DNA of 64,000 bases from the NCBI GenBank assembly GCA_043771175.1, contig JAYVHO010000008.1:5124-69123 (forward strand), given 5' to 3'. This document shows positions 26,770 through 37,176 of the stretch, piece after piece. Source of the stretch: a bacterium (GTDB lineage Bacteria; Patescibacteriota; Minisyncoccia; Phycocordibacterales; UBA1006). Under the pieces are notes generated by a model. The model worked only from the letters and a program-made list of their open reading frames with translations, made no database searches and was not told the origin of the DNA. Every line of letters starts with the position of its first letter. Positions within the stretch are counted from its first letter, which is position 1. The position numbers and the translations under genes were made by a program.

Positions 26770-27477
26770 CTAAACAGGAGAAACAGTAATGACAAATTCT
26801 CCTTTTGGAGTGTTATTTTTGAATTCTTGTAATAGTTGTTCTTTAATCTCAATAGGTGTTCCCACATAAACAGTTTCAAACATTTTGGTAAGCTCTCTTC
26901 CGATAACCAAGGTACAAGAAAGCTTTGCGCAGTCATCAAGTAGCTTTATGATTCCATAGGGGCTTTCATATATAATAATGTGATATTCAAATTCTGTTAG
27001 TAGTGTTTCTATTTTTTTAAGTATGGTTTGGCGCCCTTTTTTCTTGGGTAGGAATCCCATAAATACTACTGGCTGTTCTCCAATGATGCCAGAAATTGAC
27101 ATCTGCGCAGCAAGTGCAGAAACACCCGGGATTGGTTCAATGGTTGCATCTGGTGCCATTTTGCGCGTGAAATTAACCAAAAATCCTCCTGGATCAGATA
27201 CTCCTGGAGTTCCCGCATCAGAAATATATGAAACATGTTCCCCTTTTTGTAGGCGTCCCACAATTTCATCAAAAACTTTTCTATCAGAATACTCATGACA
27301 TGAATGACACGATGTGGTGATATCAAAATGCATTAATAATTTTTTACTATTGCGTGTATCTTCTGCAAAAATAACATCACAGGTTTTAAGAGTTTCTATC
27401 CCTCGTGGAGTCATGTCTCCTAAATTTCCAATAGGTGTTGCAACAATTGAAAGTTTTCCGTTTTTATTCATGGTCAT
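26770..27477 (-). CDS. rsmI: 16S rRNA (cytidine1402-2'-O)-methyltransferase RsmI
   Basis: 'LSIVATPIGNLGDMTPRGIETLKTCDVIFAEDTR', 'GTPGVSDPG'. tgattatat box (rc of 27486-27494). Confidence 0.85.
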   Translation of the reverse strand: MTMNKNGKLSIVATPIGNLGDMTPRGIETLKTCDVIFAEDTRNSKKLLMHFDITTSCHSCHEYSDRKVFDEIVGRLQKGEHVSYISDAGTPGVSDPGGFLVNFTRKMAPDATIEPIPGVSALAAQMSISGIIGEQPVVFMGFLPKKKGRQTILKKIETLLTEFEYHIIIYESPYGIIKLLDDCAKLSCTLVIGRELTKMFETVYVGTPIEIKEQLLQEFKNNTPKGEFVITVSPV

Positions 27478-27519
27478 ATAATACGATATAATCAGATTAT
27501 TGTAAATAATTACGAGATC

Positions 27520-27528
27520 TGATATAAT
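27520..27528 (+). promoter_or_regulatory. Extended -10 (tgatataat), 10 nt upstream of ATG 27539
   Basis: TGaTATAAT consensus. Confidence 0.55.
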
Positions 27529-27538
27529 CTCGAAACTT

Positions 27539-28018
27539 ATGTCAATATTCACAAAAATTTCTGCATGGTACGAACGAACGTACAAAATCCAAATTGGAAT
27601 TGCAGCCGTTCTTTTTATACTTCAACTTGGTCATCTTATTTGGTTGTTTGGTGAAGTACTGTGGCTTAAACTGTTTGGATATCAATTATTTACCGTTTCT
27701 GATAGTTTCCAAAAACTTCTGATTGCGTTTGATTATACAGAAATTCCAGCAATCATAACTTCTTCACTTATATATATCCACGAATATCGCAAACATAAAA
27801 AATTTAAAGATATTCTCTACTTTTTCTTTATTGTCATTCAACTTCTTCACATCTTTTGGATTACTGACGAATTTGTTATCAACACCACCACCCAAGCAGG
27901 AACCATTCTTCCGTCTTGGCTTGCCATTGTTGCTATTGTAATTGATTATCTTGAACTTCCCGTTATGTTTGAGACATGCAAGAAATTCTTTGTTGAGCTT
28001 AAAAAATCAAGAACGTAA
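27539..28018 (+). CDS. Hypothetical integral membrane protein
   Basis: 159 aa with about 4 TM helices; promoter and terminator flank it. Confidence 0.5.
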   Translation: MSIFTKISAWYERTYKIQIGIAAVLFILQLGHLIWLFGEVLWLKLFGYQLFTVSDSFQKLLIAFDYTEIPAIITSSLIYIHEYRKHKKFKDILYFFFIVIQLLHIFWITDEFVINTTTQAGTILPSWLAIVAIVIDYLELPVMFETCKKFFVELKKSRT

Positions 28019-28023
28019 TAGTA

Positions 28024-28051
28024 AAAACGCATCAACTAGTTTGATGCGTTT
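28024..28051. terminator. Bidirectional terminator
   Basis: aaaacgcatcaa-ctag-ttgatgcgtttt. Confidence 0.75.
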
Positions 28052-28719
28052 TAGTTTACCCTAAATATATTCCCCGCTGGTGGATATACCTTAACCAATG
28101 GGTCAATGGATGTGTCATATTTTTTGGCCGGTGCAAGTCTGCGGCCATAAGCTATGAATTTTGATGGTACCTCTATCCATAAATCTCGTGGAATAACTTC
28201 ACATAAATCTTGTTCTATTTTTTCAACAACTGTATTGTCAGTTAAATTATACCGAATAGCAAATCTCTTTACGTGGGTATCCACGGGGATACCATCACAT
28301 AAGTTAAATGCGTACGCGCGGGTGACTTGTGCGGTCTTTCTACCAACCCCAGGAAGTTGTATAAGATCTTCTATTTCTGTAGGCACCACACCACCAAATT
28401 TTTCAACTAACAATTGTGAAAGGCCCACAATATTTTTAGCCTTTGCTTTATAAAAACCTGTTCGAAAAATAATTTTTTTAATATCTTCAATATTTGCAGC
28501 AGCAAGCGTCGCAGCGTTTGGATATGCCTCAAACAACACTGGTGTTACTTCGTTTACTTTTTTGTCGGTACATTGTGCAGACAATGCCACTGCAACCACC
28601 AATTCCCATGGTGTATTCCAATTCAGTTCCGTAAGGCGATCTTGTGGATAGAGTTTTTTTAACTCAGTCCACAAGAGCAAAAATCTTTCTTTTCGTACTT
28701 TCAATAATTTGGTATTCAT
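28051..28719 (-). CDS. Endonuclease III-like HhH-GPD DNA glycosylase (no C-terminal Fe-S Cys cluster visible)
   Basis: 'LPGVGRKTAQV' HhH and 'DTHVKRF'. Start at 'MNTKLL', because the ORF-track start overlaps tRNA-Ile. Confidence 0.75.
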   Translation of the reverse strand: MNTKLLKVRKERFLLLWTELKKLYPQDRLTELNWNTPWELVVAVALSAQCTDKKVNEVTPVLFEAYPNAATLAAANIEDIKKIIFRTGFYKAKAKNIVGLSQLLVEKFGGVVPTEIEDLIQLPGVGRKTAQVTRAYAFNLCDGIPVDTHVKRFAIRYNLTDNTVVEKIEQDLCEVIPRDLWIEVPSKFIAYGRRLAPAKKYDTSIDPLVKVYPPAGNIFRVN

Positions 28720-28728
28720 ATTTTCTTG

Positions 28729-28802
28729 TGGGTGTACCAGGACTCGAACCTGGGACCTCGTCATTATCAGTGACGCGCTCTAACCACCTGAGCTACACAC
28801 CC
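28729..28802 (-). tRNA. tRNA-Ile (GAT)
   Basis: Hand-folded cloverleaf gggtgtg/tacaccc, anticodon loop ctGATaa, T-loop ttcgagt; no encoded CCA. tgatattat -10 lies 12 nt upstream. Confidence 0.9.
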
Positions 28803-28868
28803 TTAGTGTTACTATAATATCACAAATTTAAAAAAATAAAAGCAAAATAAAAACCAGTTTCCTGGTTT

Positions 28869-29174
28869 TTATTTCTTTTTAACTTCTGAGCGTTTAGCTG
28901 TTGGTTTTTTGGTAGGAAGCGCATTTCTCTTGCGAGCTTCTACTATTCCTTGTGATACTAAAAAGTTAAAAACAGTATCTGAAGGTTGAGCACCAACTCC
29001 TATCCAGTAAAGTGAACGTTCCTTATTAATTGAAACGGTTCCTGGTTTTGGTGTATAGTGACCAATTTCTTCAACAAATTTAGCTGATTTTGGGCCTTTT
29101 CGAGCGTCAGTAACAACCACCTTGTAGTGAGGTTCATTTCTGCGTCCAATTCTGTGTAATCTAATCTTTAACAT
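28869..29174 (-). CDS. rpsP: 30S ribosomal protein S16
   Basis: 'MLKIRLHRIGRRNEPHYKVVVTDAR'. tgctattat (rc of 29182-29190), 7 nt from the ATG. Confidence 0.9.
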   Translation of the reverse strand: MLKIRLHRIGRRNEPHYKVVVTDARKGPKSAKFVEEIGHYTPKPGTVSINKERSLYWIGVGAQPSDTVFNFLVSQGIVEARKRNALPTKKPTAKRSEVKKK

Positions 29175-29223
29175 GCTTTCAATAATAGCAACTAAGGTTC
29201 TAAATGTCAAATAGTATATCTTC

Positions 29224-29285
29224 CTTTTGTCATCCCGCCACTAGCGGGATCCAGCTGGACTGCGCTTGTGACGCAGTGACGGACA
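29224..29285. repeat. GTCATCCCG repeat, locus E (head-to-head pair)
   Basis: ttgtcatcccgccactagcgggatccagc followed by ctggactgcgcttgtgacgcagtgacggac. Confidence 0.8.
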
Positions 29286-29293
29286 TTGTTTTG

Positions 29294-30166
29294 CTACTTT
29301 GCAAATTTAATCGCTTCTAAGATGGCCTCTTTGGTCCTTGCTGCAATAGTAAACCCCGCTCGGTGGCAAAATACTAAATCTTTTATACCAGAAGCTTCTT
29401 CTAAATACTCGTCACGCAGTCCATACCATTTTTCTGGAAATAATACTCTTGTTGCAAACCCATTTTGTGAAGATCTCACACACTTTGCGCGCCAACGGTT
29501 TCCTTTAGGATACACAAATATGGTTACCCAAGGATAAATAATAAGCTCATCTACTAAATCCAAATACTCATCAATGATGATAATACTGTCATCTGGATGC
29601 TCTGAAACAATTTCACGAGCAACTTCTTTGCAGTGCATTTGATATTTCCCTGTCTCAATGATATTGCTAAAAACTTGTTTTGCATACGTTACTGCATTAG
29701 CAAATAAATGATCATTTTCATCAATTTCTTTTCTATTAAATCCAGAAATAATTTCACCCAATGTTATTTGAGGAAAAATTCCTTGGTCTTTATTTAAAAT
29801 AATTCCATTATCAAATGCATCTACTGGGATGCAAATTTTTGACTCGATATAGTCCCATGTTTCTTGATTATTTCCACAAAGCTCCATGCCATACGTAGCC
29901 CATATTAAGCCACAGGTGGCATAATCAGTGTCTGAAAGTGGATGTTTCCCTGCACCGCCATGTTGATGGTGATCAAAACGGCAGAGGGTGGCGTCGAAGA
30001 CGCCACCCATATCCAACACAAAATCCGCTTGTTCACGAATTTCCTTGTCTCTGGTTCGCACAACCTGATACTGAATATTTTTTGATTCAAGATAGAGTTG
30101 CAGTAGAGCCACTGCACATACTTCATCGGTATGAAACGCTCCATCGTGTGTTGCTATTATTTTCAT
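29294..30166 (-). CDS. MYG1/UPF0160 family metal-dependent hydrolase
   Basis: 'ATHDGAFHTDEVCAVALL', 'VVRTRD', 'RFDHHQ'. Confidence 0.8.
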   Translation of the reverse strand: MKIIATHDGAFHTDEVCAVALLQLYLESKNIQYQVVRTRDKEIREQADFVLDMGGVFDATLCRFDHHQHGGAGKHPLSDTDYATCGLIWATYGMELCGNNQETWDYIESKICIPVDAFDNGIILNKDQGIFPQITLGEIISGFNRKEIDENDHLFANAVTYAKQVFSNIIETGKYQMHCKEVAREIVSEHPDDSIIIIDEYLDLVDELIIYPWVTIFVYPKGNRWRAKCVRSSQNGFATRVLFPEKWYGLRDEYLEEASGIKDLVFCHRAGFTIAARTKEAILEAIKFAK

Positions 30167-30168
30167 AA

Positions 30169-30504
30169 TTACAAAATAGTAGTCACCACTGAAGAATAAA
30201 TTCCTGTGGTAATACTAAAAAAAGCAAGCATAAGAGCATTGTCATAAGAAACAACACCGCTGAACTGTGCAACTAAAAATATTACAATAAACATCACCAG
30301 TGTTCCCGCAAAGCCAAGTGTCAAGAAATTTAGCGGTAAAAGTACCAGCGAAAGAACAGGTTTAATAAGTTCAAATAAAATAGTAAGTAAAACCCCACCA
30401 ATTATATAGTAGTAAATCTGATCACCCATTGAAACTCCGGTAATAATATAATCAATTCCGTACAATCCAAGTGATAACAGTACTACTTCAAAAAATCTTT
30501 TCAT
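30169..30504 (-). CDS. Small 4-TM membrane protein (YvlD / phage-holin-4_2-like)
   Basis: 'IKPVLSLVLLPLNFLTLGF' core; four hydrophobic helices. Confidence 0.5.
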   Translation of the reverse strand: MKRFFEVVLLSLGLYGIDYIITGVSMGDQIYYYIIGGVLLTILFELIKPVLSLVLLPLNFLTLGFAGTLVMFIVIFLVAQFSGVVSYDNALMLAFFSITTGIYSSVVTTIL

Positions 30505-30508
30505 GGTA

Positions 30509-30958
30509 TTACCCCAGTAACTCATCCACGACTTCTTTCACCAAAGCACCATCAGCTTTACCAGCTAAATCTTTCATGATACTTCCCACAAAAGGGCCTT
30601 TTGAAATGGTGTCAGTTGCAGCTGCTATTTTCTCTTGTACTACTTTCATAATTTCATCTTTTTCCATAAGTTTTGGAAGGTATGCTTCAAGGACCGTAAG
30701 TTCAAATTTTTCAGCGTCAGCAAGGTCTTCTCGTCCAGCTTTACTGAATTCTTCAATAGAATCTTTTCTTTTTTTAGATTCTCTTCTTATTACGAAAACA
30801 GTTTCTTCTTCTGATAGAAGTCCGTCTGGACCTCGTTTAAGATGTACTAATTCTGTGGTAATAGCAGAAAGAATTCCACGGATTACCATTAATTTTTCTG
30901 ATTCTTTTGCGCGCATTGCGTCTTTCATGTGTTCTTTGAGAGTAAGTAAAAGGCTCAT
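30509..30958 (-). CDS. GatB/YqeY domain protein
   Basis: 'LKEHMKDAMRAKESEKLMVIRGILSAI', 'LEAYLP'. Confidence 0.75.
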   Translation of the reverse strand: MSLLLTLKEHMKDAMRAKESEKLMVIRGILSAITTELVHLKRGPDGLLSEEETVFVIRRESKKRKDSIEEFSKAGREDLADAEKFELTVLEAYLPKLMEKDEIMKVVQEKIAAATDTISKGPFVGSIMKDLAGKADGALVKEVVDELLG

Positions 30959-31026
30959 ATATACCGTGTTATATCTATTATTATACTTGCATAATACCAC
31001 AATTATATTATTTTAAAAACGGTGGA

Positions 31027-32832
31027 TTATGGTAAAACTTCTGGCTGAATCAGTTCAAACGCCGGTAAGGGAGGGACAATATCTTCTTTCACGGGTTCGT
31101 CAGCAGTGATATCTATCTTGGGTTTTTTAGTTCCCCAAAATTCATATGAATTTGCAAAAGATTTTTTAAGAAACTGACGCATTGCCCAAGAACCCGTAAT
31201 CGTGGTGGTTTTTGGTGCACTTTCAAGTACTATTGCAAATGAATATTTTGGCTTGTCGTAGGGGAAAAAACCAGTTACCCAAGAATTGATTCTTGTTTTG
31301 TCTGCCCCCACCTGAGCGGTTCCTGTTTTGGCTGCAATATTTATTTCAGAAAGATTGAGTACCCACGCAGTTCCATTCAAAACAGTTTCTCTCATTCCTT
31401 TTCTGATAATTTCATATGATGATTCACTAATCGGAAGAACTTGTTGAGTGATTCCTTGCTCACTTTTTAAAATAACGGGAGAAACTAATGTTCCACTATT
31501 AGCAATTGCCCCAATACCACGTGCTAACTGAATAGGCGTTACTTGAAATCCATATTGTCCAATTGATGTATTGTAAGTATCGCCCAACCACCAACCTTCT
31601 TTAAATAAACGCTGTTTCCAGCTGGGTGTTGGTAAATTGCCTTTTTTTTCATCCATAAAAGAAATCCCCGTTTCTGAGGCAAGTCCAAAAGACGCAGTAT
31701 ATTTTTCAATATTTTTTATTCCAATTCCTTTTATATTCTTATACCCTCCACCAATAGCATAAAAATAGGTATTTACCGACTGAGCCAGCGCTTTTGTAAC
31801 ATTTGTAGTACCGTGGCCTCCCTTTTTCCAATCTTTATAAATTGAGGGCTTGTCTGGATTATATTTGTTAGGGATTTCAATAGTTCCCGTAGAATCAACC
31901 GTAGTAAATTCTGTTACGGTCCCTTCATTTAAAGCTGCAATGGCAATAAATGGTTTAATTGTTGATCCTGGTGAATATAAACCAGATGTAACTCGATTAA
32001 GAAATGGTTTTCGTTTATCATTAAAATAATCTTTAATTGCTTGTGAATCTTTTCTATCAGAAAAAATTTGTGGTGAAAATTCTGGAGCACTGACCATGGT
32101 AATAATTTCTCCTGTTTCAATATTCATAATAACTCCAGCAGCACCAATATATCCACCCTCATCCATGGAAGATGAAAGGGTGTTAAATAAATCTGTTTGT
32201 ATGGTGGCATCAATTGAAACGGTGACATTACTTCCATTTTGTGGAGCAGATACCGTTTGTGTCCCAATTTTTTTACCGTTTGAATTAACTTCTTGAAAAA
32301 TAGAACCATTTGTTCCTTTAAGGAGTTCATTAAATGACTTTTCCAGACCAACATATCCTTTGAGTTCTTTTTGCCATAGTTGACCACTTTTATCTTTCTT
32401 GGGATATTCTACATATCCCAGTAGTGAAAACCCTGGTTCAGAAATATAGGTTCGCTTAGGAAAGTCTGCTTCTGTTTTAGTGTCATTCCACACCAAAAGT
32501 TTTCCATTCCTATCTACAATATTCCCACGCTGTCCCCAAAGTGGCGCAGATGAGAGACGATTATCTTCTGCAATTTTCATAAAACGTGAACCATCTTTAA
32601 CTTGGAGATTGTATAGCTTAAGAGAAATTAATAACAAAAAAGAAATCATAAGTCCCACCACAATGGTTCGAGGAAATTCTGGAAGTTTTTTACTCATAAC
32701 ATTTTGTAAATTATCAATATCAAGTCCTGATATATTTTCTCCATCAATAAATACTTCTTCTAGATTTTTGTAGGATAGTTTTGAGTCTATTCTTTTATAA
32801 ATTCCCTTTTTCTTAGGTGTAAAAAATTTCAT
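31027..32832 (-). CDS. Penicillin-binding protein 2 / class B transpeptidase
   Basis: 'SPGSTIKP', 'SVNTYF', 'KTGTAQV'; N-terminal TM. Confidence 0.85.
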   Translation of the reverse strand: MKFFTPKKKGIYKRIDSKLSYKNLEEVFIDGENISGLDIDNLQNVMSKKLPEFPRTIVVGLMISFLLLISLKLYNLQVKDGSRFMKIAEDNRLSSAPLWGQRGNIVDRNGKLLVWNDTKTEADFPKRTYISEPGFSLLGYVEYPKKDKSGQLWQKELKGYVGLEKSFNELLKGTNGSIFQEVNSNGKKIGTQTVSAPQNGSNVTVSIDATIQTDLFNTLSSSMDEGGYIGAAGVIMNIETGEIITMVSAPEFSPQIFSDRKDSQAIKDYFNDKRKPFLNRVTSGLYSPGSTIKPFIAIAALNEGTVTEFTTVDSTGTIEIPNKYNPDKPSIYKDWKKGGHGTTNVTKALAQSVNTYFYAIGGGYKNIKGIGIKNIEKYTASFGLASETGISFMDEKKGNLPTPSWKQRLFKEGWWLGDTYNTSIGQYGFQVTPIQLARGIGAIANSGTLVSPVILKSEQGITQQVLPISESSYEIIRKGMRETVLNGTAWVLNLSEINIAAKTGTAQVGADKTRINSWVTGFFPYDKPKYSFAIVLESAPKTTTITGSWAMRQFLKKSFANSYEFWGTKKPKIDITADEPVKEDIVPPLPAFELIQPEVLP

Positions 32833-32833
32833 A

Positions 32834-33091
32834 TTAAAAAGCAAATTGTGGAATCTTGAGAGAATTTTTAAGAGAAGAAAGTCCATAAAATATCCCTAAA
32901 AGAAGGACGGTAAATATTACTTGATTCCACAACGGCAAAGAACTCATAATGATGAGTACTAAAAATCCGGAAATTGATGATTCTTCAAAGGGTGTGGTTA
33001 GTACCATAAGCACAGAAAATGGTATCAAAAACCATAGTGGAGCCACCAAACCTGCCCATAAACAAATAGTAACCGCAAGCGCAAATTTCAT
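32834..33091 (-). CDS. Small membrane protein (position suggests MreD-like; unproven)
   Basis: 85 aa with 3 TM helices; immediately upstream of and abutting PBP2. Confidence 0.4.
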   Translation of the reverse strand: MKFALAVTICLWAGLVAPLWFLIPFSVLMVLTTPFEESSISGFLVLIIMSSLPLWNQVIFTVLLLGIFYGLSSLKNSLKIPQFAF

Positions 33092-33180
33092 AAAGACAGT
33101 ATAACGCTTTTCATCTTCATCTGCACTGATTGATTATTTTGATTAAGTCAATTATTATTACAGTATATAAGTAACTATGT

Positions 33181-33429
33181 ATGTTTATGGTAGAAATTTA
33201 CACCACGGGGTCTCACTGTGCATTTTGCACAATCGCAAAAAATTTTATGAAAGATAATAATATCGCATTTACTGAATATAATATTGAAGAAGATGAAGAT
33301 AGAAGAAATGAAGCTGTTCAAACATATCATGCGCAAGGTGTACCACTGATTGTAGTAAATGGAACTCCAGTATATGGTTTTAAACCAGAAGAAATAATGT
33401 CACTGATTAATAAGCCTGCGGTTGTATAA
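33181..33429 (+). CDS. Glutaredoxin/NrdH-like thioredoxin-fold protein
   Basis: 'IYTTGSHCAFC', 'GVPLIVVNG'. Confidence 0.75.
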   Translation: MFMVEIYTTGSHCAFCTIAKNFMKDNNIAFTEYNIEEDEDRRNEAVQTYHAQGVPLIVVNGTPVYGFKPEEIMSLINKPAVV

Positions 33430-34000
33430 TAATATGTTAACAAAACACATATTTGAATTCCATAATGAAATTCCTATTTCGATTAATGCTATAAAAGGAC
33501 ATATTGCTTTGTATGAGAAATATGTAGATGAAGCAAACACTATAGTTAAAAAACTGCAGTCTGGAAATTTTGAGCCCGCTGAAAAACAAGAAATGATGAG
33601 AAGATTTTCTTTTGAATATAGTGGAGCAAAAAACCATGAATATTTCTTTGAAACACTGACAGGTAATACTTCCCCACTCAATCCATCGTCATTACTATAT
33701 GAAGCTATTGTTTTAACATGGGGATCATATGACGCGTGGAAAGAAGAATTTATGACTCTTTCAAAAACTCGCGGTGTTGGATGGGCAATACTGTGGCATG
33801 ATGCAAAAACAAATTCTCTATTTAACAGCTGGGTTGATGAACAGCATATTGGTCAACTTGTGGGTGCTGATCATATTTTGGGAATTGATTGTTGGGAGCA
33901 TTCATTTATTCTTGATTTTGGTATTACCGGACGCGCTGCATATGTTGAGAAAATATTTAGTGCGTTAAATTTTGGAATTATTGAAAAGCGGTTTAAATAA
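33422..34000 (+). CDS. Fe/Mn superoxide dismutase family protein
   Basis: 'NHEYFF', 'GVGWAILW', 'GIDCWEHSF'; divergent N-terminus. Confidence 0.65.
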   Translation: MYNNMLTKHIFEFHNEIPISINAIKGHIALYEKYVDEANTIVKKLQSGNFEPAEKQEMMRRFSFEYSGAKNHEYFFETLTGNTSPLNPSSLLYEAIVLTWGSYDAWKEEFMTLSKTRGVGWAILWHDAKTNSLFNSWVDEQHIGQLVGADHILGIDCWEHSFILDFGITGRAAYVEKIFSALNFGIIEKRFK

Positions 34001-35461
34001 ATTGTGCGGTAATGTAATATAACTCATTATACAAAACATGATCACCATAGATAGAGAAATAATGAGTGATAAATAGCCACTTACTGAAATACTTTCAATA
34101 TGATAGCGGACAGAAACAGCAACCAACATAATTATGTTGGTTGTTTTGGTAAAACACCATGCCAGCAATAAAAGAATTGTATGAATAAATGGGACAGACT
34201 GTTCAAACATCGCAAGCAATAAAAATCCAATTCCAAGTACGGTGTATAAAAATACCAGGGGCATGACAAGAATTGACATGATCATTCCAGATGGTGTTGC
34301 AACTCCAAAGAATGCAATTACCAATGAAAGCGTTCCACACCAAGCACCAACGGTGGTTACCAGGATGCTTCCAATAAATGTGGCAACCCTTGAATAATTG
34401 TAGATGCGTTTCAAATGATTAAATAATTTCATACAGATAACAATCCCAAGTGTTGCACCACAAGAAAGTAAAAGCCCTACGTGAGATATCAATATTTCTC
34501 CTGTTGCAACTACTACCGCTGTTACAATATATAAAATTGTTTTTTCAATGGAAGGTAAAATTTTAAGAACTCGTAAACCTTCATGAATCATAATTGACTG
34601 ATATGCTCGCTGTGATGCTTGAGAGTTTCCTGCGACCATTACCAACATATATGCAAATAGCAGTGATATTATAGTAATGGGATTTTTAGAAATAAATCTC
34701 CCTAAGAGTAAAAATAATCCTTCATACACCAGTACAATATTATATCCCGACAATACAATAATATGAGAAATTCCAACATCTCTAAATAAATTATTAAACC
34801 AAAATGGTATATGTGTTTGCATTCCTAAAACAATTCCTTCTACAATCCCTAGTGTTTCATCTTTAAGGTATTTTTGATACAACGTTGAAAAATAATTTTG
34901 AAGATTAGCTGAATATAAACCAATCATGTTTGATTTTATTTTTATCAAAGATGACTCTTTTACATTAACAAATATTCTTTTGTTGTTATTTTTTACGCTA
35001 ACATATGCATTCATGTAAACAATATCATTTTGATGATAAATATGTGAGGTGGTTAATCGTGCTGGTAGATCAAACGTATTAATTTCAATATCATATACTC
35101 TTGATTTTTTAGATGTGTATAATAATTTATTAATAGTTATTGTTAAATTTTCTTGATAGGTGTTTGCCATAAGAGCATTAAGATTTCGAACGGTAATATT
35201 TTCTTTATGTTGAAAAAAATTTTGACCTGATATAAAAACAGTAAAAGAAAGTAATAATATTAAGAATAATTTTTTAAAAGACTTTAATCGCTTTGAAATA
35301 ATAATAACGGTGGTCACAAAAATTATACAGAGGATACATAGTAAAATTTGTGATGTTTTGTCATGATGATTATTAGCATGAACATATAGACCCGAAATAA
35401 GCCAGGTCAAACAACCAAGCGGTATCCATGCCGTAATGCAATCTAAAAGATACTGTTTCAT
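33965..35461 (-). CDS. comEC: ComEC/Rec2 family DNA internalisation channel
   Basis: Polytopic; 'GISHIIVLSGYNIVLV' competence-domain motif. Confidence 0.75.
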   Translation of the reverse strand: MKQYLLDCITAWIPLGCLTWLISGLYVHANNHHDKTSQILLCILCIIFVTTVIIISKRLKSFKKLFLILLLSFTVFISGQNFFQHKENITVRNLNALMANTYQENLTITINKLLYTSKKSRVYDIEINTFDLPARLTTSHIYHQNDIVYMNAYVSVKNNNKRIFVNVKESSLIKIKSNMIGLYSANLQNYFSTLYQKYLKDETLGIVEGIVLGMQTHIPFWFNNLFRDVGISHIIVLSGYNIVLVYEGLFLLLGRFISKNPITIISLLFAYMLVMVAGNSQASQRAYQSIMIHEGLRVLKILPSIEKTILYIVTAVVVATGEILISHVGLLLSCGATLGIVICMKLFNHLKRIYNYSRVATFIGSILVTTVGAWCGTLSLVIAFFGVATPSGMIMSILVMPLVFLYTVLGIGFLLLAMFEQSVPFIHTILLLLAWCFTKTTNIIMLVAVSVRYHIESISVSGYLSLIISLSMVIMFCIMSYITLPHNLFKPLFNNSKI

Positions 35462-35648
35462 AGTAAATAGAATACTGTTTTATAAAAAATATTTCATTAA
35501 AAAAGTAACAAGTTTTCTTGTTACTTTTTTTTGCAAATTATTTACATACAAAAATACCACCATATGGTGGTATGCTTGCCGTTTGATAGTTTTGACCCAA
35601 CATGATTTGAGGTCATCTTAATTATTACGTACTTTTATGTAATGTCAA

Positions 35649-36632
35649 TTATTTTTCCACAGAGGTAGCACCTAAAAGCCAAACAGTTGCATGTTCTTTT
35701 TTGTGAGTTGATGAGTTCAATATTTCAGAAACAGTGATGAGTGATTGCAAAAACTTTGAATTAATTTCTTTTTTCTTAAGTAATACATCTAAGGTTAATT
35801 GATCAATTGAATTATTTTTATCAATATAATTTTTAACATACCTTGTTAGCAATATTACCGTGGTGATATTAATTACTATTTCAAAAAAATATTCTAAACT
35901 TCCCATGTCTACTGATTCTAAAATCAGATAAGCGTCTTCAAAATTTTCAAGCGAAGATAAAAGTTTTACCGCATCATGTGACAGAGAATTTTCTGTTGCA
36001 TGATTTTCTGTAAACTGATATGCCTGTAAAATACTGAGGCTGTCTCTGAATGATCCTTTTGCTTGATAAGAAATTTTTACCGTATCTGTTTCTGATAATG
36101 AAATATTTTCAAGCTTTGCAACCTTGGTTACCAATTTTTGTATTTCCAAAATATTAGGGGTTTTAAAATCAAACACCACACAGCGTGAAATAATCGTTGG
36201 CAGAACTTTTTGTTTTTCTGTGGTAGCAAAAATAAAAATTACATGTTTTGGTGGTTCTTCTATTGTTTTTAAAAGTGAATTCCAAGCTTCTTTAGTAAGC
36301 ATGTGTGCTTCATCGATAATATACATTTTGTATTCTGATGAAATAGGAAGTGTTGAAATGGTCTCTTTTAATTCTTTGGCGTCATCTAATTTTCTATAAC
36401 TCGCTCCATCAATTTCATAAATATCTTCTGGAGCAATATCAAGTGATTTTGCAAATATTCTGGCAAGTGATGTCTTACCCAATCCGCGTCCGCCTACAAA
36501 TAAATATGCATGTGATGGATTCTTTTCTGAAACTTGTTTTTTTAGAATGGAAACAATATGGTCTTGACCAGCAACATCTTCAAATTGTCCTGGGCGGTGT
36601 TTTCTATACAATACATCTGACATAGCGTCCAT
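35649..36632 (-). CDS. dnaX: DNA polymerase III gamma/tau subunit (short form)
   Basis: 'YRKHRPGQFEDVAGQ', 'GGRGLGKTSLARI', 'IIDEAHML', 'SRC'. Confidence 0.85.
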   Translation of the reverse strand: MDAMSDVLYRKHRPGQFEDVAGQDHIVSILKKQVSEKNPSHAYLFVGGRGLGKTSLARIFAKSLDIAPEDIYEIDGASYRKLDDAKELKETISTLPISSEYKMYIIDEAHMLTKEAWNSLLKTIEEPPKHVIFIFATTEKQKVLPTIISRCVVFDFKTPNILEIQKLVTKVAKLENISLSETDTVKISYQAKGSFRDSLSILQAYQFTENHATENSLSHDAVKLLSSLENFEDAYLILESVDMGSLEYFFEIVINITTVILLTRYVKNYIDKNNSIDQLTLDVLLKKKEINSKFLQSLITVSEILNSSTHKKEHATVWLLGATSVEK

Positions 36633-36704
36633 TATACCTTTTTTAGATAAAATTAAAACCCACAGAATTTCTATAGGTTTTAATGGTAATGAATTTTTTA
36701 TATT

Positions 36705-37121
36705 TTATCGGCAGGTATCAGCATGCAGTGATGTTATTTCAAAAGGTTTTTTTGAATACATTGAATCTTCCAATACAACAAAAACTTCATGAATGAAAGC
36801 TTCTCTAAATTTGAGCAGCTTTTCAATAATAACTTGCTGGTGCTTAGGGTTACTATTAAAGCACAATAACACAGTAGCAACTTGTTTTTGCTGCAGATTA
36901 CAATGAGATAGCAGAACCAATGCCGTTGCGAGTTTTTCGTCTGATGTTAAAAAGATTCTCGGATGATACATAAAAATATTGTATCCATCAACGCTTGATA
37001 TAATATCAGAATCAACATAAGACTTTTTTGCAAGTAAAAATTGTCGTTCAAAATCTGAATGATTTTTAAGTACTACATTGACATTACTTACTACTTCGAT
37101 AAATTTTTTGGCCGTGTACAT
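36705..37121 (-). CDS. Hypothetical protein
   Basis: 139-aa ORF from 'MYTAKKF'; no recognisable motif. Confidence 0.4.
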   Translation of the reverse strand: MYTAKKFIEVVSNVNVVLKNHSDFERQFLLAKKSYVDSDIISSVDGYNIFMYHPRIFLTSDEKLATALVLLSHCNLQQKQVATVLLCFNSNPKHQQVIIEKLLKFREAFIHEVFVVLEDSMYSKKPFEITSLHADTCR

Positions 37122-37176
37122 TTTTTTAATGTTTAAAGTTTCAAATATAAAATAGCATACATTCAGAATTGTGCAA

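Noticed and set aside
30471-31016. Long antisense ORFs such as 30471-31016 (+), 55354-55902 (+), 1657-2133 (-), 24120-24500 (+) and 12550-12939 (-)
   Set aside because: Each lies entirely opposite a gene with clear conserved motifs (yqeY, rseP, fibre protein, S41 protease, hisS). Their products are low-complexity shadows.
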